A stretch of DNA of 64,000 nucleotides from Oikopleura dioica. Taxonomy: Eukaryota > Animalia > Chordata. Under the pieces are notes generated by a model. It saw only the letters and a list, made by a program, of their open reading frames with translations. It did no database searches and was not told the origin of the DNA. Position 1 is the first letter of the stretch. Every line of letters starts with the position of its first letter. Positions 56,493 to 64,000 of this stretch are shown piece by piece. The stretch lies in NCBI GenBank assembly GCA_907165135.1, contig OU015567.1, forward strand, positions 6,820,001 to 6,884,000, given 5' to 3'. Made by a program: the position numbers and the translations under genes.

Positions 56493-57021
56493 CCGCATGG
56501 GACAGAAGGTGTATTCTACTGCACTTAAGAACTTTTTAGCTAAATAACTTCCGAACGAATTGTCCAAATTAGATAAAAATTAAAATGGTTGTTCCTTCAT
56601 ATAATTAGAGCAGATCTGATAAGTTTCAAGGAATTATCGGTTACTAACCGCCCTCTGCACCGGATTATATCCGGCCTAATTGCCCTCCCGCTGAGTGTTT
56701 GCACATTGAAACCGAACCAATATCAAGAATTTACTCTACTAAAAGGGGTTTTTATGTTTTCGATATCGCTGATTCCAAATATTGAATTTAATTTTTCGAG
56801 AAATCAAAATAAGAGATAATTTTTGAAACCCCCCTGAGATAAATGGCATTTTTCTGCAATAAGGAAAAGCGCTATGCAAATTTTGATAGCGGATTTGAAA
56901 TCTACACCAAAAAATTACTATTCGGTATAATTTTCAAGTTTATCCGACCAGTAGTTTTCTTAAGTGCAGTGCAATACACCTTCTGTCCGAGCGCCTCTAT
57001 CCCCCGATCTGTCCCATGCGG
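56493..57021. mobile_element. piggyBac-like non-autonomous element
   Basis: TTAA|ccgcatgggacag … ctgtcccatgcgg|TTAA, with subterminal inverted repeats aaggtgtatt..actgcacttaag. Confidence 0.82.
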
Positions 57022-58544
57022 TTAAAGTGCGCTGCTAAATGATTAAGGGAAGGCGCGGTTGGAGGATGCGGAGATGATTTGACCAACTGGTCATCAGCAG
57101 ACCGCGATCAAACAACAACTCGGTTAGTGCCAGATCTGACCCCGAGGAACTGTAGTCCCGGAAGTGGGGCTTTCTTGCGCACTTTGATCGTGCATTTCTC
57201 AAATTGGGGGATTTTGAGCGGCTCAAGAATTCCTGGCGGCGGCGCGGTTTGATCCAGCATAGAAAAAGAACTGTCTGGCCGTTTTACTAAAAAGCCAGCG
57301 CGGGATAACCGTAAGCCAAAGGCAAACGCGGGCTAATCCCGATCGAGAAGAGTATCGATAGCAAACTTTCACTTTTGATAGCAAGAATTTTAAAAAGAAG
57401 CCGCATTTTCTTTTTGCTTCTGTAATGAAATAGGGCAAATTACAAACAAATGCGCTTGTGTGCCCAAGACTGCGATAGAGTCAACGAAGGGCACACAGGG
57501 TGTGATGAGTACCCCCATCCTGGTTGTCAGGAACAAACAGTAAACAGTTTTTTCGCACCAGGAGACGGAGGGTCAAAATATTTACGCCACCGTACGTAAA
57601 CTTTATTATTACGCCTGGCATTATTTTTTATCTGGCGCGAGTTACCAGTAGTACACTTGGTCTATCACCAACTCCATCGGAAGGCGCTACAATGAGTTAA
57701 TCCGCTTATCAGACGGCACCGTTCTTGAGAGTCCAGTCTTAAGGGTGGAGTACTTTGAATCCATCAAACATCAACTTTTTTAACACCCACCACGAGCGCT
57801 AGAATTTGCTGAAAATCGAGGAAAAAATGATTAGCGCGTAAGTTGCGTATTTTTATTTCCTCGCGAAAGCTATCAATTTTTACTGTGATGATTGCTAGCT
57901 TACTAATCTACGCGCGTTAAAACCTGTCAAAACTGGAATAAAATATTAGCTGAGGGCATTTACCATTTTCGCTAATTTTGCATTTTCGCATAACTGAAAA
58001 GGCTTCTCATAAAAATCCAGAGTTCATAAGCAATGTTTTTGACTGTATTCGCGTGAAGATGTAAATGCACGGTATACCCTTAATCCAGCCCTAATCGTCT
58101 GATAAAGTTGGAATATAGAGCTCCGGGCATAAATCCGACCGCGATTCGGTCGACTCGCTAAAAACAGCAAATGCGAACCACACATCCGTTTATTCGCGAC
58201 TGCGTGGAACTTATGTCAAATGTCTTCATCCTCGATTTCTGGCGCAGTTCCATTTGGTATTAAGAAAGAGGTGCTTAATTAACTTTTCGCTACCAACTTC
58301 TCCTCGTCCAGGCTGGAGCGAGTTTGCCACCACGATTCTGCCCTGTTAAAATATTCATTTTGAAGGGGCAGGGAAAGTAGTATTATATCGCAGCAAATAT
58401 TTTTCGCGCATCTCCAGCCGCCCATGCTGGTGCATTGTCCAGACAGGTACTGGCACCAGGCCAGATTTGGCGCGATCTCCGCCTTTCTCCAATTTGATTT
58501 TTTGAGGATAAAATTCGCAAAAAAGAAAGAAATTGAAGAAATCT

Positions 58545-58750
58545 CCATGGTAGAATAATTGAGTCAGGTTTTGAAGAGGTTAAATGAAAAGCCGCGTAGC
58601 GGCTTTTGAAGACGAAGCCGCGAAGCGGCTTCGGAACATTACCATTACAGTTTAATTTTCATATTGGCGAAGCCGCTCCGCGTCTTCGATTTTTAGAAAG
58701 CCGCTACGCGGCTTTTAATTTAGCCCCTTCAAAGCCTTTTCCACTAGGTC
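58545..58750. mobile_element. MITE family A, degenerate
   Basis: gtagaataattgagtcagg followed by four hairpins. Confidence 0.75.
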
Positions 58751-59990
58751 TTGACCTCATTTTGAAAGTAAAGTCTTACTGTCACTGTAAAATCAGTATT
58801 CGCGCGGGGTTTGGGATAAGAGAGAGTCAAGAGATTATTTCAACTATCCACGGCGCTGCTGCTTTTCTTGACGGCATCAATTTTCGACAAATTGAATTGT
58901 ATTCTGTAAACGCGCTTTAGGGCTGTTGGGGAGGGCAATTCTTCGCAGCGATGGTTATGAAAAATCGACCCTGACAAGTTTGTTACTCAGGGCGAGTCAG
59001 AGGGCAATTTTCGCGAAGCTAATTTCGCAATAAAGCAGGAATTGCTTTAATTTTATCACCTTGCTTGTAAACCATTACGATCATGCTTCGTGTTTCTTCG
59101 AAAATAACGAGAAAAATAACAGGAGCCAGTTTTTTGGGTCTGTTTCTACAATCGCATTTGAGATTCAAAAAGAGCCAGCTCCAAGTCAAGTCGTGTGTGG
59201 CCCAATTCAATTAATCACCATTTGTACAAATTGAATTAATGGTACCATGGATCAGTTCACGGATTATGGTAGCAGCGCGCTGAGTGCTCTGCCCGGAGGC
59301 GTGAGAGCTCAGAATTGTATCCGGAAGATCGAAAAATCGTTATTTGAATTTTACTCGAATTTTTTCGAAGAAAAAGCGCTAATTTGAGCAAATTTCACGC
59401 CCGAAGTATTGAGTGTTCAATTCAGTAGTTCTAGGACAATATTTACACTGGCGATAAAAATCCAATGAATAGATAAACGTCAGTAAATTTTAACTTAACA
59501 GATTCATCAGCTCCGACTTCCGGCTTTGCGGATTCGCCCTGAGGCGCGTGTTGGCTACGAGACACGAAAGATGATGAAATAGATACGAGAAAAGTTCGGT
59601 GTTGAGAACAATTCGCACTTTTTCAGCTGCCATCGTTACATAATAACGTAACCAAAATGGAATGAAATGTTGGCTTTGTGAGGTCATTTTTCATTGGATC
59701 AAATTTGACAGAGGCTAATCTTATTTGTCACAGCTTTTTTTCTGTTTGCATTTTGATCTGGAACATTGTGTCAATATTTCGCTAACGAGTTGGGAAAAGA
59801 GAATCGCAAGAATCTCCCTCGCTACTGTTTAATTTATGCATCTCGAAGACGGAGACAAGGTCAAGTGTTTACGACTGTTAAAAGAGGTGTTTTAAGTTGT
59901 CACCCCCTAAGTTACAATTTCCGGGCGAAGTGCCGTTGAAACCCGGAAATGCCAAAAACCGACCCCTTTTTTCACATTATTCATGATGAG

Positions 59991-60099
59991 CTGGGCTCGG
60001 CAACCTGTGTAAAAACCTGAGTCAGGGTCTAGAAAATGTTCTAATGAAAAGATCTTTCAGACCCTGACTCAGGTTTTCTACACAGGTTGCCGAGCCCAA
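59991..60099. mobile_element. MITE family A, short derivative with a perfect TSD
   Basis: atgatgag|ctgggctcggcaacc…ggttgccgagcccaa|atgatgag; hairpin core deleted. Confidence 0.92.
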
Positions 60100-61420
60100 A
60101 TGATGAGATCTGAGCTCAAATTGTCCACTACGTAAAATACTATTCGTATTTACATTTTCGTGATTCGCCAAAAAGGAACCCTTTGTGATGAAGAAAAGAC
60201 CACTCGAATAGTATTAATCGCGAGTTGACATAATAAACCAGAGTCAATGGAAATCTGGGCCGATTTTTTCATTTTTGCTTTTTATCGCCCACGTTTGCCT
60301 AAACGGGTTAAAATTTTCGAAGCAACCCGCCCGCGCGCGCAATTTAGGATTTTTAGCTGTTGCGTCGCTCGTTGAGCACGATTTCTGTAATCTTTGCAGG
60401 AATCCAATTTTGGTACGATAGGATTAGCGGCGAAATCCGCCAAAAGCGCCGCGCTCGGTCCGCCGCGCCTGTCTGCCGAGCTCTGGAATCGCGAGCTCTG
60501 GACGGACATTACGTTCGCGCGCCGGACGTGGCAGGTTCCGTTTCAAAGTGCCGTTTACTGTTGGTATACCCGTAGTCGCCTTCGACCCAGCTAGTCTAGA
60601 CGAACTTTTCAGTGCTCGAGGTATTTGTATAAGCACCTGAAAGCCTATCATCAATGAAGGCCTATCAATTTAAGTTTTGTCTCACAAAAGTTCAGGTCTT
60701 TTTAATGACTGATTATTTTGTACTGATAAAAGATCTAGCGGAAAAGAAAAGACGGAAAATGAAGACACAAAAAAAGAAACTACGGCGATTTTCATAAAGA
60801 AAAAATAAGGAAGAATTACCCATTTAGATATGACCACAAAAGAACAATTGTCAATATACAAGGCGTTGAATTGAATTTGAGCTTTGAATAAATACGCCAT
60901 TTATACACACATACAGCTTGTTTGGAACTCACGCGCCCCAGGGCAAAACTCGAGAGTTTTTTTTACTTATTTTTTGAAATGTAAAATCAGAAATTTCGAT
61001 TCAAAAAGTCTTTTTTTTTTGAAAATGAAAAAAAAATTTTTCCCTTTTTTTGGAAATAAAATTTCAAAGTGCAAATTTGAAAATGCCAAGTATCGTTGGG
61101 ATACGTGCTCAGTGGATGGTAGCGGTTGTTTTGGGGTCACGATGGACCCATAATAGCGGCGCGTTTTGAGTGAAAATTTTGGATAGCGTAAGTTGCGCTT
61201 GTTGCTCCTTGGGAATGCGTAGAACGCATGGTATGCAACTCGGCGCTTTTTTTGCTCCTCCGCCAAACCTTGTTTGGCTAAAACAAAACACTTGCTTTGC
61301 CCCTTGAATAACAAACACCAGCCTGAGCGACTCCTCAAGCTCCTCTTGCTAACAAGCTAGCTCGCTCGCTCGCTCGTTTTCTTGCTCATGTCTCAAGTCC
61401 AACAAAAAGAAGGAACATAC

Positions 61421-61516
61421 CTTGAATCCCCATATGGGCCCCATACTGACGGATGGGTAGGCCTGGAAGTGGTGCCCATGTGTCATGTGAGGACCTGGAG
61501 CAGCTAAGGCGGCCAT
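61421..61516 (-). CDS. Candidate distal first coding exon (probably of RBMS)
   Basis: gaagATGgcc start, 32 codons MAALAAPGPHMTHGHHFQAYPSVSMGPIWGFK, then a consensus donor aag|gtatgt. A GC-rich promoter-like stretch lies at ~61785-61900. The link to RBMS is inferred from strand and the absence of another gene body in between. Confidence 0.5.
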
Positions 61517-62075
61517 CTTCAGTTTCTCTTGTTTTTCAACTTTTTCGAAGTTTTCTCTGTTTTTTTCGACAATTCGAGTCGAAAAAAGTTTCAGGTTTTT
61601 CTTTTACCGGTCAAAAAAGTTTCACAATTTTGATTTTTCGGTTTAAAAAATATAAATTTTTTCTCTCTTTTTTGTTGGATTTTTGATGTATCGGGGATGA
61701 TTTGTTTTCCGGTACTAGTAAGTTAGTGTCTTAGCTAGTTAATTAACGATACATGGAAAATCCGAAGAGCGTTGAGAAAAAATTATGGGGCGCGGAGTGC
61801 GCGCGGTGGCGCACGCGCGTTCCCTCAGCTTTCTCGGTGTAGAGCGGCGGCGGCGCCCGATCCCTGAGCGCCCTCTTCTTCGAAGCATCCGAGGAGCTCA
61901 GCTCTTAGAACGCTACTGGAGAGCTTTACTCGGCTTTTATTGATGCCACATCGCTATTGCACATCGAAGCAGCAGAATGTACCAAATTGACTTGCTGAAA
62001 TGATCATTTTTTCTTTTAAAAAATTGACTTTTTGACATCAAATTCTAAAAAAACTCTGAAAAATAGTCTCTTTTC

Positions 62076-62305
62076 CAGGGGCGAAGCCCCTGATTCACCC
62101 CCTTTTCCATTATTTTGAATTGCGGGGTAAATCAGGGGCTTTGCCCCTGAAAAGAAACTATTTTACCCCCTCCCAAATCCTTTATTGCGGATTTGGGGTT
62201 GAATGAGGGCTTCGCCCCCTGGAACCCCTTTTGATTCACCTCTCTTTTCCTTTATTGTGAATTGGGGGTTGAATGAGGGGGCTTCGCCCCTGGAACCCTT
62301 TTGAG
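62076..62305. repeat. Clustered ggggcgaagcccc/ggggcttcgcccc hairpin repeats
   Basis: Four copies of the hairpin, two of them in a ~70-bp tandem unit (ggggttgaatgagggcttcgcccctggaacccc). Confidence 0.7.
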
Positions 62306-62913
62306 GGAAAGTCAAATATTTTTCATTTCGAAGTTGATTTCTAAAAGCAGTCTGGTCGACAAAAATCCTCTGCTTGAAGCTGGACCTTTTCAGGATCCAT
62401 GACAAGTTGGGGTTAGCTGACGGAAGCTTCAAAATGAGAATTGTGATTTGAGGTTTCCCCTGGCGCTTCCGCTGAGAAACGATGTGGAGAGCCACGTTCA
62501 ATATTTGAATTGACGGTCAAGGGCGATAGTACAGTGTGAGCGAAGCAAGCGCGCGCTAGAATGGAAAGATATCTGGCCGTTGTCAGTTCGTTTGTAAATT
62601 GTGATCCGACGGATCTCGCAATCAATGACAGTGTCGCCTTCGAGCACCTTGGGAACCTCTCGAGTCGTGCCTAGCGCATCCCACGTGACCTGGATCGCCG
62701 GGAATTGTGATTCTTGCTAATTGACCTTGACGATGCTAGTATCAAAGCGACCTTTTATTTGACTAGCTCCTAGAAGCTCTAAAGTTGAAAAAGAGACTTT
62801 TTGAAGTTTTATTTGCAGTTTGACAGTTATTGTAAATTACAGTATATTCGTAAGCAAGAAGAATACTCGGCTCTGATTGGCTGAAAACCCCTATAACGCG
62901 TAAATGTCATGAT

Positions 62914-63118
62914 CTGGGCTCGGAATCCTGTGCAGAAAACCTGAGTCAGGATCTGAAAGATCTTTGAAGAAAAGCCGCGTAGCGGCTTTTAAAACAAAGC
63001 CGCAAAGCGGCTTTTTAAAACCAAGCCGCAAAGCGGCTTTGCTAGAATTTCGAGCGGCTTTTCATTAAACATTTTTCAGATCCTGACTCAGGTTTTCTAC
63101 ACAGGATTCCGAGCCCAG
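62914..63118. mobile_element. MITE family A inside a larger palindrome (62871-63161)
   Basis: Full TIRs; ~43-bp flanks are reverse complements of each other. Confidence 0.85.
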
Positions 63119-64000
63119 ATCATGACATTTAGGCGTTATAGGGATTTTCAGCCAATCAGAGGTGAGCATTTGTATTTAAACTTTGAGAGCTTAGTGCCTC
63201 AACTGTAGTTACTTGAGAACGCGTGCTAGAATCAAAAATAAGCAAAAAGATGTCAGAACGCGAGGCGATCAACCCAAGGTCGCAGTTTTGACCAACAACA
63301 AGCAGCAAAAATAAACGCAAAGTTGGCAAAAAGTGCTGCCACTTTCTCGTTTTTGAAAATTGATGGAATTTGTCGCTCAGGTTGATCAAACTAATACCGC
63401 GCTTAAATTTTACTAAAAACGGATCAATTCAAATTGGCGAAAGCGGATTTGACAACTCCGAATTCTTGGCGAAATTTGAGTTATTACTTGAAGCTTGCTA
63501 ACGGTCGATTATTCGCCGAGCTAATCAGCAATTATGATCGGTCTTGGTGCCTACAATCGTAAATTTAAAATTAGAAAATAAATTATTTTGAAATTAACGA
63601 CGCTAATTAAAATGTTCAATAACTCTTCAAATTTTTAAAACATCCGGAAAGTTAATTACCGTTTATTACCGATTTTTTATTAATTTTGAGTCATCAAAGC
63701 GGGATTCTAGCGCTTTCTTTTTGCATAGAACGTAATTTCCTAAACACCAATTTCGAGAGCAAGGAACAACGCAAACTGAGTTTGACGTTCCCAGCAATTT
63801 CCACTCGAGTGTTTTTCTCACATTCGAAAGCTAGAAAATCAAGAAAATCAGGACGCTGACATATTCAAACGTTCCATCGTCTCACAAAACAAAACTCACA
63901 ACTTTCAATTTCGGGAAATAAAGTCACCTTTTTAAGGGTTTCCCAAGACAAATCATCGAGAAGACCGATTGCGGCTTCGAGTAGAAGAAAGATAGTAGCC

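Noticed and set aside
50000-64000. Numerous 60-120 aa ORFs in the ORF track
   Set aside because: Mostly non-ATG starts, low-complexity or repeat-derived, with no domain or splice support.
1-64000. tRNA, rRNA, snRNA or autonomous transposase/reverse-transcriptase genes
   Set aside because: None recognised by eye; tRNAscan-SE/Infernal would be needed to exclude small RNAs.

Overview
Intron-rich, gene-dense eukaryotic DNA. It is most likely a larvacean tunicate such as Oikopleura; this is inferred from the 30-60 nt introns, forced GA/GG-AG donors and splice acceptors just upstream of ATGs. 1-8 kb holds tightly packed housekeeping genes: ABCF2, an immunophilin-type TPR protein and a PCM1-like coiled-coil protein. 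8.5-18 kb (minus strand) encodes a large secreted LTBP/fibrillin-like TB+EGF protein with a tetraspanin gene nested antisense in one intron. 19-40 kb contains a 68-aa PWWP/Tudor-like microgene, two secreted S1 serine proteases, a Zn-finger/coiled-coil/RING gene, the homeobox gene Lbx and a secreted SP/TP-repeat protein. It also has two paralogues of an unusual fusion: orphan N-domain + non-RD kinase with beta3 Lys->Arg + papain-like domain with an intact Q-C-H-N set. This fusion is the most novel-looking system here. 42.8-61.5 kb is an unusually large RBMS/shep locus. Non-coding DNA carries many non-autonomous TIR elements (hAT-like with 8-bp TSDs, one piggyBac-like, and a 1.07-kb foldback with a 9-bp TSD). 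There is also a mosaic patch copied from neighbouring genes. Gene models were spliced by eye, so exon boundaries and some starts are approximate.
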